DNA of 32,000 nt, from positions 1 through 32,000 of the forward strand of contig NZ_AP013293.1 of assembly GCF_000829155.1 (NCBI RefSeq), given 5' to 3'. This DNA is from Candidatus Karelsulcia muelleri PSPU. Lineage in GTDB: Bacteria > Bacteroidota > Bacteroidia > Flavobacteriales > Blattabacteriaceae. This document shows, piece by piece, positions 1 to 9,628 of this stretch (position 1 is its first letter; each line of letters starts with the position of its first letter). The notes under the pieces are model-generated. The model was not told the DNA's origin and searched no databases. It saw only the letters and a list, made by a program, of their open reading frames with translations. Both the position numbers and the translations under genes were made by a program.

Positions 1-678
1 ATGTTTAATAAAACAAAAGTTTTTTTTGAAGACTTTAAGAAAAAAAAATTTAAAGAAACTTGGGTTTATCAAACACAATTATTTAATAATATAATTAATA
101 TTAAATTATATAATAGATTAAATAAAAACAAAATAAAAATTGTACCTAATTATTTATTATTTGTAGAACACAACCATGTTTATACTTTAGGTAAAAGAGG
201 ATCATATAAAAATTTATTATTTAATAAAAAAAAAAAATCAATTTTAAAAATTGATAGAGGAGGAGATATTACTTATCATGGTCCTGGTCAATTAGTTTGT
301 TATCCGATATTTGATCTTACTAATTTTGACTTAGATATATATAAATATTTACGTTTTCTTGAAGAGGTTATAATAAAGCTTATATATAATTATGGTATTA
401 AAGGATATAGAATATCTAATAAAACAGGGGTATGGGTAAATAATAAAAATAAAATATGTGCAATTGGAATTAGAATAAGTAGATTTGTTACAATGCATGG
501 TTTAGCGTTAAATGTAAATACAGATTTAAGTTATTTTAATAATATTATTCCATGTGGAATTAAAAATAAAGGTGTTACATCAATAAATGTAGAAACAAGA
601 TATATAATATATATGTATGAAGTAAAATTACTTTTAAAAAAAAATTTAATATATTTTTTTAAAATAAAATTTATTTAA
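1..678 (+). CDS. lipB: Octanoyltransferase (lipoate biosynthesis protein B)
   Basis: Complete 225-aa ORF with LipB-type motifs: VEHNHVYTLGKRG, DRGGDITYHGPGQLVCYPIFDL, KTGVWVNNKNKICAIGIRISRFVTMHGLALNVN, IIPCGI. Confidence 0.95.
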   Translation: MFNKTKVFFEDFKKKKFKETWVYQTQLFNNIINIKLYNRLNKNKIKIVPNYLLFVEHNHVYTLGKRGSYKNLLFNKKKKSILKIDRGGDITYHGPGQLVCYPIFDLTNFDLDIYKYLRFLEEVIIKLIYNYGIKGYRISNKTGVWVNNKNKICAIGIRISRFVTMHGLALNVNTDLSYFNNIIPCGIKNKGVTSINVETRYIIYMYEVKLLLKKNLIYFFKIKFI

Positions 679-795
679 TTATATCCTAATATATGTATTT
701 AAAGCAGTTACAATACCAACATTAAAAATAATTTAATATACAATTATGCTAAAAAAGCATGGGTTTTTATATGCATAATTTATATTTTAAAATTA

Positions 796-837
796 ATTAT
801 AGATATTTCACCCAATATTGGGTGAAATATCTATAAT
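796..837. repeat. Perfect 42-bp palindrome (21-bp arms, no spacer)
   Basis: attatagatatttcacccaat / attgggtgaaatatctataat; the right arm is the exact reverse complement of the left arm. Confidence 0.95.
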
Positions 838-889
838 AAAATTAATGTATTGTATATATTATATAATATTATCTAATATAGAAATAGTT

Positions 890-2461
890 ATGGAAACTAA
901 ATTTAATAAATTTTTAATTAATATTTTAATATTATTTATAATAATATCTTTTTTTTTTAAAAAAAAATCAAAATTAGAAAATTTTGAAAATGTATTTCTT
1001 ACAAATAAATTAATTAAAAATGAGTATTTTAAAAAAAAAAAAAATAAAGATAAAGAAGTAATAATAGAAAATAATGTACTAAAATTAAGTATATCTACGA
1101 TAGGTGGTAATATTAAAAATCTTTTTTTAAAAAAATATAAAAATTATCATAATAATGATGAAAATCTCTATCTTATTAAAGATAATAGCTCTTTATTTGG
1201 TTTAGAATTTACCAATAAATCTTGTAAAAAATTCAATACTTATGAAGTAGAATTTATTCCTAAAATAAAAGAAGATGAATTTAAATATACTATTAATATG
1301 CAGGCTAAATTAGATAATAATGTATATATTTCTTATGTATATGTTATTTATAAAAATAATAATTATAATATAGATTTTTATATCAGAACTAAAGGATTCT
1401 CTGATTTGTTATCAACTAATTTAGAATGGAATCAAAAATTATTAAGGCTTGAAAAAGACCCCAAAATAGAAAATAATTATAATCAAATTTTTTATAGTAT
1501 TAATAAATTTAAAAAAAAAATAAATTTTTTAAATCCAAAAAAATCTCTTCATAAGAAAGCTAAAAATCTATATTGGATTGCTAATAAACAACAATTTTTT
1601 GTATCAATTTTATTGTTTAAAAAACCCTTAAAAGACAAAAAAATAATTTTTTTTTTAAAAAATGAAAATTTGAATTCAATAAATAAAAGATCTAATTTAA
1701 AAATTAAAATAATAAATAAAAATAATAAAGAATTGAATTTATCAAATAAATGGTATTTTGGTCCATTAGATTATAATATACTTAAAAAAAATAAATATGG
1801 TTTTGAAAATCTAATTCAATTTGGAGGTGTAGTTGGAAAATATATAAATAGGTATGTTTTTTTCTATCTATTTTCTATTTTAGAAAAAACTAATTTGAAT
1901 TATGGATTAATAATCATTTTAATGACCATTATTGTAAAATTAATAATTCTTCCAATTACTTATAATCAATATAAATTGAATTCAATAATTGAAATGTTTC
2001 GTACATCATTTGATGATATCAATCATTATAAATTGACAAATAAACAATCTCTAATTAAATTAGATAAAAAAATTTTAATGAATAGTATATTATATGCTAT
2101 AATACAAATACCTATATTTTATTCATTATTTCATTTTTTTCCAACATTAATAAATTTAAGAGGTAAAAGTTTTTTATGGATTGATAATTTAACATATTAT
2201 GATTCTATTTTAAATTTCAAATTTAAGATTCCAATATATGGAAATCATATAAGTTTATTGACTATATTATATTCAATATCATTATTAATTTTGAGAAAAA
2301 TTAATAATAGTAAATATCAAACAAATAATAATTCAATTTATATTATGTCTATAATAATTTTATTATTTATTAATAATTATTCTTCTGGTCTTTATTTATA
2401 TTATTTAATTTCTAATATAATTAATATTATTATATATATTTATTATAAAAAAAATCTATAA
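890..2461 (+). CDS. yidC: Membrane protein insertase YidC/Oxa1 family
   Basis: Bacteroidota-type YidC: periplasmic domain (LSISTIGGNIKNLFLKKYKNY, NKWYFGPLDYNIL) followed by FGGVVGKYINRY, NYGLIIILMTIIVKLIILPITYNQY and IPIFYSLFHFFPTLINLRG. The track starts at a TTG (818) inside the palindrome; the ATG at 890 (METKFNKFLINIL) is the more likely start. Confidence 0.9.
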   Translation: METKFNKFLINILILFIIISFFFKKKSKLENFENVFLTNKLIKNEYFKKKKNKDKEVIIENNVLKLSISTIGGNIKNLFLKKYKNYHNNDENLYLIKDNSSLFGLEFTNKSCKKFNTYEVEFIPKIKEDEFKYTINMQAKLDNNVYISYVYVIYKNNNYNIDFYIRTKGFSDLLSTNLEWNQKLLRLEKDPKIENNYNQIFYSINKFKKKINFLNPKKSLHKKAKNLYWIANKQQFFVSILLFKKPLKDKKIIFFLKNENLNSINKRSNLKIKIINKNNKELNLSNKWYFGPLDYNILKKNKYGFENLIQFGGVVGKYINRYVFFYLFSILEKTNLNYGLIIILMTIIVKLIILPITYNQYKLNSIIEMFRTSFDDINHYKLTNKQSLIKLDKKILMNSILYAIIQIPIFYSLFHFFPTLINLRGKSFLWIDNLTYYDSILNFKFKIPIYGNHISLLTILYSISLLILRKINNSKYQTNNNSIYIMSIIILLFINNYSSGLYLYYLISNIINIIIYIYYKKNL

Positions 2462-3767
2462 ATTCGTCGATATAAGAATATTCTTTTTCAATACTAAATT
2501 TTAAATTTTTTACTTTTATTTTATTTTTTTTTATTTCTTTTTTACCTATTAAAAATACAAAAGTAATTTTTTTTTTATTAGCATATTTTAATTGTTTTTT
2601 TATTTTTATATTATCTGGATATAATTCTGAAGAGATTCCATTTTTTCTTAATTCAAGTATTAATTTATAAGAATAAATAGATTCATTATAACCAAAATTA
2701 ATAAAAATTACGTCTAAATATTTAAACAAAAATTTATTAAATAAATTCATTTCTAACATAGAAATATAAATTCTATCTAATCCAAAAGATATTCCAATAC
2801 CAGATAATTTTTTTTTTAATCCAAAAATTTTTGTTAAATTATCGTATCTACCTCCTCCAGAGAGAGATAATATATTATTTTCTGTTAAAACTTCAAATAT
2901 TATTCCTGTATAATAATTTAATCCACGTGCTAAATTAGTTTTAAAAATTAATTTCGATGATTTTAATTTAAAATTTTTTATTATTTTAAATATAAATTTA
3001 ATTTCATTTATAAAATGAAAACATTTTTTTAATGGTAAAAAAAAATGATATATTTTTAATATATTTTTTTCTTCTTTAAAAATCCAAAAAATTTTTTTAA
3101 GTAAATATTTAGAAATTCCTATTTTAATTAATTTTTTAAAAATTTTTTTTGATCCTATTTTTTCCCATTTATCTAAAATTTTAGTAAATTCTATAAATTT
3201 TTTATTTATACCTAAAAAATATGATAATTGTTTAAGAATTTCTATATGATTAAATTTAATTATAACAGGTAAATTTAATTCATAAAAAATTTTATCATAA
3301 AGTAAGATAAGTTCTATTTCTTGCCAAATTGATTTGGATCCGATTGAATCTACATCACATTGATAAAATTCCCTAAATCTTCCTTTTTGTGGTTTTTCTG
3401 CCCGCCAAACAGGTTGTATTTGATATCTTTTAAAAGGAAATAAAATTTTATTTTTATTCATTACCACATATCTAGCCAAAGGAACTGTTAAATCATATCT
3501 TAAAGCTTTTTTAAAAATTTTTTTTTTATTCGATAATAAAGAATAATTTAAAATTATTCCTGAATTAATAATTTTAAAAATCAATTTTTCTCCTTCTTCT
3601 CCATACTTTCTTTTAAGAATAGATATATTTTCAATAGAAGTTGTTTCTATTGGAGAAAAACCAAATAATTCAAAATTTTTTTTTATAATATATATGATAT
3701 AATTTCTTTTTCTAATTTCATTAGTAGAAAAATCTCTAGTACCATATGGTATACTTATATTAGACAT
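2430..3767 (-). CDS. hisS: Histidine--tRNA ligase
   Basis: GTRDFSTNEI, KRYGEEGEKLIF-like, LRYDLTVPLARYV, GRFREFYQCDVD, LARGLNYYTGIIFEV, SGGGRYDNL, GIGISFGLDRI motifs. Confidence 0.95.
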   Translation of the reverse strand: MSNISIPYGTRDFSTNEIRKRNYIIYIIKKNFELFGFSPIETTSIENISILKRKYGEEGEKLIFKIINSGIILNYSLLSNKKKIFKKALRYDLTVPLARYVVMNKNKILFPFKRYQIQPVWRAEKPQKGRFREFYQCDVDSIGSKSIWQEIELILLYDKIFYELNLPVIIKFNHIEILKQLSYFLGINKKFIEFTKILDKWEKIGSKKIFKKLIKIGISKYLLKKIFWIFKEEKNILKIYHFFLPLKKCFHFINEIKFIFKIIKNFKLKSSKLIFKTNLARGLNYYTGIIFEVLTENNILSLSGGGRYDNLTKIFGLKKKLSGIGISFGLDRIYISMLEMNLFNKFLFKYLDVIFINFGYNESIYSYKLILELRKNGISSELYPDNIKIKKQLKYANKKKITFVFLIGKKEIKKNKIKVKNLKFSIEKEYSYIDEFIDFFYNKYI

Positions 3768-3822
3768 AATTTTTTTATTGTAAAGTTTTATTTATATTAT
3801 TATAATAATATTTATTTCATAT

Positions 3823-6441
3823 ATGAATTTTAAAAAAGTATATGATCATAAAAAAATAGAAAATAAAATTTATAAATATTGGATTTATAAAAATTATTTT
3901 TCATCTTTTACAGAAAAAAAAAAATCATATACTATAATAATGCCTCCACCTAATATTACTGGTATATTACATATGGGGCATATTCTTAATAATACAATAC
4001 AAGATATTTTAATACGTTATGCTAGAATGAAAGGATACAATGCATGTTGGGTTCCAGGTACAGATCATGCTTCTATTGCTACTGAAGCAAAAATAGTTTC
4101 TCATTTAAAAAAAAAAAATATTTTTAAAGAAAAAATAGGTAAAAAAAAATTTTTAAATTATGGATGGAAATGGAAAAATAAATATGAAAAAATTATTATT
4201 AATCAAATAAAAAAATTAGGATGTTCTTGTGATTGGAATAGAAAAAAATTTTCAATGGATAGTATCATTAATGAATCTGTAACAAAAATTTTTGTTAAAC
4301 TTTATAAAGAAGGAAAAATATATAGAAATTATAGTCTTGTTAATTGGGATCCAGATGCTGGAACTACAATATCAAATGAAGAAATAATTTATAAAAAATA
4401 TAATGGAAAATTATATTATATAAAATATAAAATTGAAGGAGAAAAAAAATTTTTAACAGTAGCTACTACAAGGCCAGAAACTATACTAGCAGATACGGCA
4501 ATTTGCATAAATCCAAAAGATAAAAGATATTTTAATATAAAAAAAAAAAAAGTTATAAATCCTTTATGTTCAAAATTAATTCCTATTATTGAAGATGATT
4601 ACGTTGATATGAATTTTGGGACAGGATGTTTAAAAATAACTCCTGCTCATGATTTAAATGATAAATTAATTGCAGATAGGCATAAAATATCAGTTATTAA
4701 TATTTTTGATGATAGAGCTGTTATAAATCATAATGGATTAAATTTTTGTGGAAAAGATAGATTTAAAGCTAGAAAAGAAATTATTGAATTACTTAAAAAA
4801 GAAAAAAAAATATTAAAAATTGATAAATATATATATAATATAGGTATATCTGAACGTACAAAATCTATTATTGAACCAAAATTATCATTACAATGGTTTG
4901 TAAAAATTAAAGATTTTATTACTCCCACTTTATTTTATATAAATAATAAAAATATTAATCTTTATCCAAAGAATATAAAAAATATTTTTAATCATTGGCT
5001 TTCTAATATTCATGATTGGAATATATCACGTCAACTTTGGTGGGGACATAGGTTACCTGTTTATTATTATAATGAGAATAATGAAGATTTTGTTGTATCT
5101 GAAACAATTGAAGAAGCTTTAAAAGAAGCACGTATAAAAAGTAACAATAAGATTTTATCTTATAAAAATCTTAGACAAGAAAAGGATGTTTTAGATACTT
5201 GGTTTTCCTCTTGGTTATGGCCAATATCTGTATTTGATGGAATTAGGTATCCTAATAATAATGAAATTAAATATTATTATCCTACTCAAGATTTAATTAC
5301 TGCTCCTGATATTTTATTTTTTTGGGTCATTCGTATGATAATGTTAGGACATTATATAATGGAAACTGAACCTTTTAAAAATATATATTTTACTGGAATT
5401 GTTAAAGATAAAAAAAAAAAAAAAATGTCTAAATCTTTAGGTAATTCACCGGATCCTATTGATTTAATATATAAATATGGAGCTGATGCTGTTCGTGTTG
5501 GTATTTTATTAAGTTCTAATGTAGGAATAGATTTAATATTTGATAACAATTTTTGTTTAAAAGGACGTAATTTAGCTAATAAAATTTGGAATGCATTTCT
5601 ATTAATAAATAGTATAAAATCAGAAAATGTTTTAAAAATGAAATATTCTGATGAATTAACCATAAAATGGTTTGATAATAAAATTAATAAATCTTTATCT
5701 AAAATAGAATTTTCTATAAAAAATTATAGAATTTCTGAATCATTTTTAATAATATATAAATTATTTTGGAATGATTTTTGTTCATATTATTTAGAATTAA
5801 TAAAATATAACTCAAAAATTTTAAATAAAAAAATAATAAATAAAACTATTTTTTTTTTTAAAAAAATATTAAAATTATTTCATCCTTATATGCCTTTTAT
5901 AACAGAATATATATGGCAATTTTTTAAAAAAAATGAAAAGGATTTAATTATTACCAACTGGCCAAAACATTATATTTATAATAATTTTTTTATTAAAAAA
6001 TTTAAAAAATCTCTTTTTTTTATAAGATTTTTACGTAAATTGCGTGTAATTAATAATATTTATAATAAAAAAAACTTAATTTTAATAGTTTTATCTGAAA
6101 ATAAAGACTTTTTATATTATTCTTTAATTTTAAAATTAGGAAATATAAGCTATATACAATTTTTTAAAAAAAAACCTAAAAAATATTTTTCTTTTATATT
6201 TGAAATGAAAGAGTTTTTTTTAAAAAAAAAATTAAAGAATTCTTCTTTAGAAGAAGTAAAAAAAAAAATTTTTTTTTATAAAATTTTTTTATTAAAAATA
6301 AATAATAAAATTTCTCATAATAAATTTTTAAAAAAGGCTACATTAAATATAATAAAAAAAGAAAAAAAAAAACAATTAGATTGTATTAAAAATATTTTTT
6401 TTTTAAAAAAAAAAAAAAATATTTATTTATATAAAACTTAA
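3823..6441 (+). CDS. valS: Valine--tRNA ligase
   Basis: HIGH-type motif PPPNITGILHMGHILNNT, VPGTDHASIATEAKI, editing domain TTRPETILADTAICINP, DVLDTWFSSWLWP, KKKKMSKSLGNSPDPIDLI. Confidence 0.96.
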   Translation: MNFKKVYDHKKIENKIYKYWIYKNYFSSFTEKKKSYTIIMPPPNITGILHMGHILNNTIQDILIRYARMKGYNACWVPGTDHASIATEAKIVSHLKKKNIFKEKIGKKKFLNYGWKWKNKYEKIIINQIKKLGCSCDWNRKKFSMDSIINESVTKIFVKLYKEGKIYRNYSLVNWDPDAGTTISNEEIIYKKYNGKLYYIKYKIEGEKKFLTVATTRPETILADTAICINPKDKRYFNIKKKKVINPLCSKLIPIIEDDYVDMNFGTGCLKITPAHDLNDKLIADRHKISVINIFDDRAVINHNGLNFCGKDRFKARKEIIELLKKEKKILKIDKYIYNIGISERTKSIIEPKLSLQWFVKIKDFITPTLFYINNKNINLYPKNIKNIFNHWLSNIHDWNISRQLWWGHRLPVYYYNENNEDFVVSETIEEALKEARIKSNNKILSYKNLRQEKDVLDTWFSSWLWPISVFDGIRYPNNNEIKYYYPTQDLITAPDILFFWVIRMIMLGHYIMETEPFKNIYFTGIVKDKKKKKMSKSLGNSPDPIDLIYKYGADAVRVGILLSSNVGIDLIFDNNFCLKGRNLANKIWNAFLLINSIKSENVLKMKYSDELTIKWFDNKINKSLSKIEFSIKNYRISESFLIIYKLFWNDFCSYYLELIKYNSKILNKKIINKTIFFFKKILKLFHPYMPFITEYIWQFFKKNEKDLIITNWPKHYIYNNFFIKKFKKSLFFIRFLRKLRVINNIYNKKNLILIVLSENKDFLYYSLILKLGNISYIQFFKKKPKKYFSFIFEMKEFFLKKKLKNSSLEEVKKKIFFYKIFLLKINNKISHNKFLKKATLNIIKKEKKKQLDCIKNIFFLKKKKNIYLYKT

Positions 6442-6455
6442 TTTTTTTAAAAAAA

Positions 6456-7574
6456 ATGAAATTTATATCCTCTAGTAATGATCTTTTAAAATCATTAAAA
6501 TCTATTTATAATGTTATAAACATTAATAACAAATCACCTATTTTAGAAACTTTTCTTTTTAAAATTAAAAAAAAAAATTTATTAAATATAACCGTTTCTG
6601 ATTTAGAAATAACGATGATAACTCAAATAAAAATTAATTCAATTAATTTTGGCAGTGCTGCAATTCCTTATAAAATTTTAATAGAAATTTTAAAAAAAAT
6701 TCCTGAACAACCTTTAACTTTTATTAAAGAAATTGATAATAAATTAAAAATAATATCTCAAAACGGGGAATATAATATATCTATATCTTCTTCAGAAGAA
6801 TATCCAAAATATTCTAAATTAGAAAAGACAGATTCTTTTTTTATATCGGAAAAAAAATTATTAAAAATAATAAATTATACTTTATTTGCAGTAGGAAATG
6901 ATGATATACGTCCAGTTATAAATGGTGTATATTTTGAAATAAATTATAATATTTCAAGTTTTATATCAACAGATACTAATTTATTAGTAAAATATTCTAT
7001 AAAAGAAATTTTTTCTAAAAAAAAAATTTTTTTTATTATTCCTAAAAAACCATTAAATTTATTAAAGAATAATTTAAATTATACAGATAAATCTGTTTTA
7101 ATAGAATATAATAAATATAATACATCTTTTTTATTTCAAAATAAAAAACTTATATGTACTCTTATAAATGGAAATTATCCAAATTATTTATCTATTATTA
7201 ATAATAAATATAATAAAATATTAATTATAAATAAAAATTATTTTCTTAATTCTATTAAACGTGTTATATTATTTTCAAATTTATTAACATATCAAATTAT
7301 TTTAAATTTTTCTAAAAGTAAATCTAAAATTTCATCATGGGATATAAATTCTAATAATAAAGCATTTGAATATTTATTTTGTCATTATGAAGGAGATCCT
7401 ATAGAAATAGGATTTAATTCAAAATATTTAATAGAAATATTATCAAATATTAATTGTGATGATATAAAATTGGAAATGTTCAATAATAACACTTCTTGTA
7501 GATTGACACCTATTATTAATTTATCTAAAAAAGAAGAAATATTAATATTAATAATGCCTATTTTTATTAAATAA
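6456..7574 (+). CDS. dnaN: DNA polymerase III beta subunit (sliding clamp)
   Basis: 372-aa ORF; LLKSLKSIYNVI, LNITVSDLEITM, SSSEEYPKYSKLEK, FAVGNDDIRPVINGVYFE, VSTDTNLLV-like segment, C-terminal LTPIINLSKKEEILILIMP. Confidence 0.88.
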   Translation: MKFISSSNDLLKSLKSIYNVININNKSPILETFLFKIKKKNLLNITVSDLEITMITQIKINSINFGSAAIPYKILIEILKKIPEQPLTFIKEIDNKLKIISQNGEYNISISSSEEYPKYSKLEKTDSFFISEKKLLKIINYTLFAVGNDDIRPVINGVYFEINYNISSFISTDTNLLVKYSIKEIFSKKKIFFIIPKKPLNLLKNNLNYTDKSVLIEYNKYNTSFLFQNKKLICTLINGNYPNYLSIINNKYNKILIINKNYFLNSIKRVILFSNLLTYQIILNFSKSKSKISSWDINSNNKAFEYLFCHYEGDPIEIGFNSKYLIEILSNINCDDIKLEMFNNNTSCRLTPIINLSKKEEILILIMPIFIK

Positions 7575-7581
7575 AAATAAA

Positions 7582-9600
7582 ATGAAAATATCTTATAATT
7601 GTTTAAAACAATATATTTCTACTGAAGTGGAAATTGAAAATATTTGTAATATTTTAACTGATATAGGGATTAATGTTGAAAATTTTTTTTCTTTCAAAAA
7701 AGATTATTTAATAGAATTAAATCTCCCCCCTAATAGGGGAGATATTATTAGTCATTATGGAATAGCTAGAGATTTAAATATTGCTTTAAAATTTAGAGGA
7801 TTTAAATCTAAAATGAGAAAATTACCATCTGTTTTTCTTTTTAAGAAAGATTTTGATATAAAAAATATTAATTTTTTTATTAAAAATTATAAAAAATGTC
7901 TAAGATATACATATACGACTATATGTAATATTAATGTTTTTGATTCACCTAAATGGTTAAAAAATTATTTATCTAATAGAGGTTATAACTCTATAAATAA
8001 TCTATTAGATATAGAACATTTTATAATGTCTGAATTAGGTCAACCTATAAAAATATTTGATTTAGATAAAATAATAAATTTTTCTCTAAAAATAGAAAAA
8101 TTTAAAAAAAAAATTAAAATAGATAAAAAAAAAATTTTATCTGAAAAAAATTTGATTTTATTAAATAATAAAAATACTATTTCCTTAGCAGGACTATTAA
8201 TGAATAAATATTTTATTGTGAATAATAAGACAAAAAATATTTTTATTGAAAGTGCAGATTATTCATCAGAATATATATATAAAACTGCAAAAAAATATCA
8301 TATAAAAAATGATTCATCTATAAGATTTGAAAGAGGAATAGATACTAATTTTATTATTTATGCTTTAAAAAGAGCTGCATTATTAATAAAAAAAATATCT
8401 GGGGGGAAAATAACATCAGATGTTATAGATTTATCCCCCCAAAAAAAAAATAATATAGAAATATTTTTACGTTATAAAATAATAAAATATATTATTGGTT
8501 ATAATATAAATATAAAAAAAATAAAAAAAATTTTATTTCTTTTAGAAATATATATTTTATTTGAAAATTTAAATGGGTTAAAAATTAAAATACCGTTTTA
8601 TAGAAAAGATATAACTAGGGAAATTGATGTTATTGAAGAAATATTAAGAATATATGGATATAATAATTTTATAAAAAAAAAAAAAATAAATCAAAATTAT
8701 ATTATAAATAATAATCTAAAAATAGAAAATATTATTTCTAATCAATTAAATTCACATGGATTTTATGAAACTTTAAATATTTCTTTAAATAAAAAAAGAT
8801 ATAGAAAATATTATTCTAATAATAGATATAAGAAAATAAATATATTAAATTCTTATAATCAAAATTTATCTATTTTAAGGTTTAGTCTTTTATTTGGTTT
8901 ACTTGAAAATATTTCCTATAATTTAAATAGAAATAAAAACAAAATAAAATTATTTGAATGGGGGAAAAAATATCTTTTTTTAAAAAAAAATATTATAGAA
9001 AATAATACTCTTGGTTTAATTTTTTATGATGAAAAAAAAAAAGATGATAATTATAATTTATTTTTTAAATTTAAAGGAATTATAGAACAAATAATAAGAA
9101 GATGTGGAATGATTATTTATCATCAAAATTTTTATAAAAATAATTTTTTAGAAAATGGATTATCATTTTTTTATAAAAAAAAAATTTTTTGTGTTATTGG
9201 ATATGTTAAAAACAAAATTTTAATAGAATTTGAAATTTATAAAAAAATTTTATATGCAGATATAAATTGGGATATAATTAATATTATTATTAATAATAAT
9301 TATTATTATAAAAAAATATATAAAAAAAAAGATAATTTTAATAGAGATATAAGAGATATCTCTTTACTTATAGATAAAAATATTTCTTTTGAAGAAATAA
9401 AAAATATTTCTTTTTCTTTAGAAAAAGAAAATTTAAAAAAAATTGTTTTATTAGATGAATATAAATCTACAAATTTACCTTTTGGTAAAAAATCTTATAC
9501 TCTAAGTTTTTATTTTAAAAAAAAAACTTATAAGATTGAAAATCTTATTCATAACCTAAAAACAGAATTTAAAAAAAAAATAAAAGCTAAAATAAGATAA
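7582..9600 (+). CDS. pheT: Phenylalanine--tRNA ligase beta subunit, compact form lacking the N-terminal EMAP/tRNA-binding insert
   Basis: MKISYNCLKQYI start, ELNLPPNRGDIISHYGIARDL, B3/B4-like LLDIEHFIMSELGQPIKIFDLDKI, DVIEEILRIYGYNN, SLLFGLLENISYNLNR, C-terminal FDX-ACB FNRDIRDISLLIDKNISFEEIKN...LPFGKKSYTLSF. Confidence 0.93.
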   Translation: MKISYNCLKQYISTEVEIENICNILTDIGINVENFFSFKKDYLIELNLPPNRGDIISHYGIARDLNIALKFRGFKSKMRKLPSVFLFKKDFDIKNINFFIKNYKKCLRYTYTTICNINVFDSPKWLKNYLSNRGYNSINNLLDIEHFIMSELGQPIKIFDLDKIINFSLKIEKFKKKIKIDKKKILSEKNLILLNNKNTISLAGLLMNKYFIVNNKTKNIFIESADYSSEYIYKTAKKYHIKNDSSIRFERGIDTNFIIYALKRAALLIKKISGGKITSDVIDLSPQKKNNIEIFLRYKIIKYIIGYNINIKKIKKILFLLEIYILFENLNGLKIKIPFYRKDITREIDVIEEILRIYGYNNFIKKKKINQNYIINNNLKIENIISNQLNSHGFYETLNISLNKKRYRKYYSNNRYKKINILNSYNQNLSILRFSLLFGLLENISYNLNRNKNKIKLFEWGKKYLFLKKNIIENNTLGLIFYDEKKKDDNYNLFFKFKGIIEQIIRRCGMIIYHQNFYKNNFLENGLSFFYKKKIFCVIGYVKNKILIEFEIYKKILYADINWDIINIIINNNYYYKKIYKKKDNFNRDIRDISLLIDKNISFEEIKNISFSLEKENLKKIVLLDEYKSTNLPFGKKSYTLSFYFKKKTYKIENLIHNLKTEFKKKIKAKIR

Positions 9601-9628
9601 TATATGTTTTATAATTTAAATTATATAT

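Noticed and set aside
818-889. N-terminal extension of yidC (MGEISIIKLMYCIYYIILSNIEIV)
   Set aside because: Depends on a TTG start inside the 42-bp palindrome; METKFNKFLINILILFIII at 890 is a standard YidC N-terminal membrane anchor.
4728-4928. 66-aa minus-strand ORF (track)
   Set aside because: Fully antisense within valS; no family signature. Chance open frame.
5352-5663. 103-aa minus-strand ORF (track)
   Set aside because: Antisense to the conserved valS KMSKS region; the apparent protein is a shadow of constrained codons.
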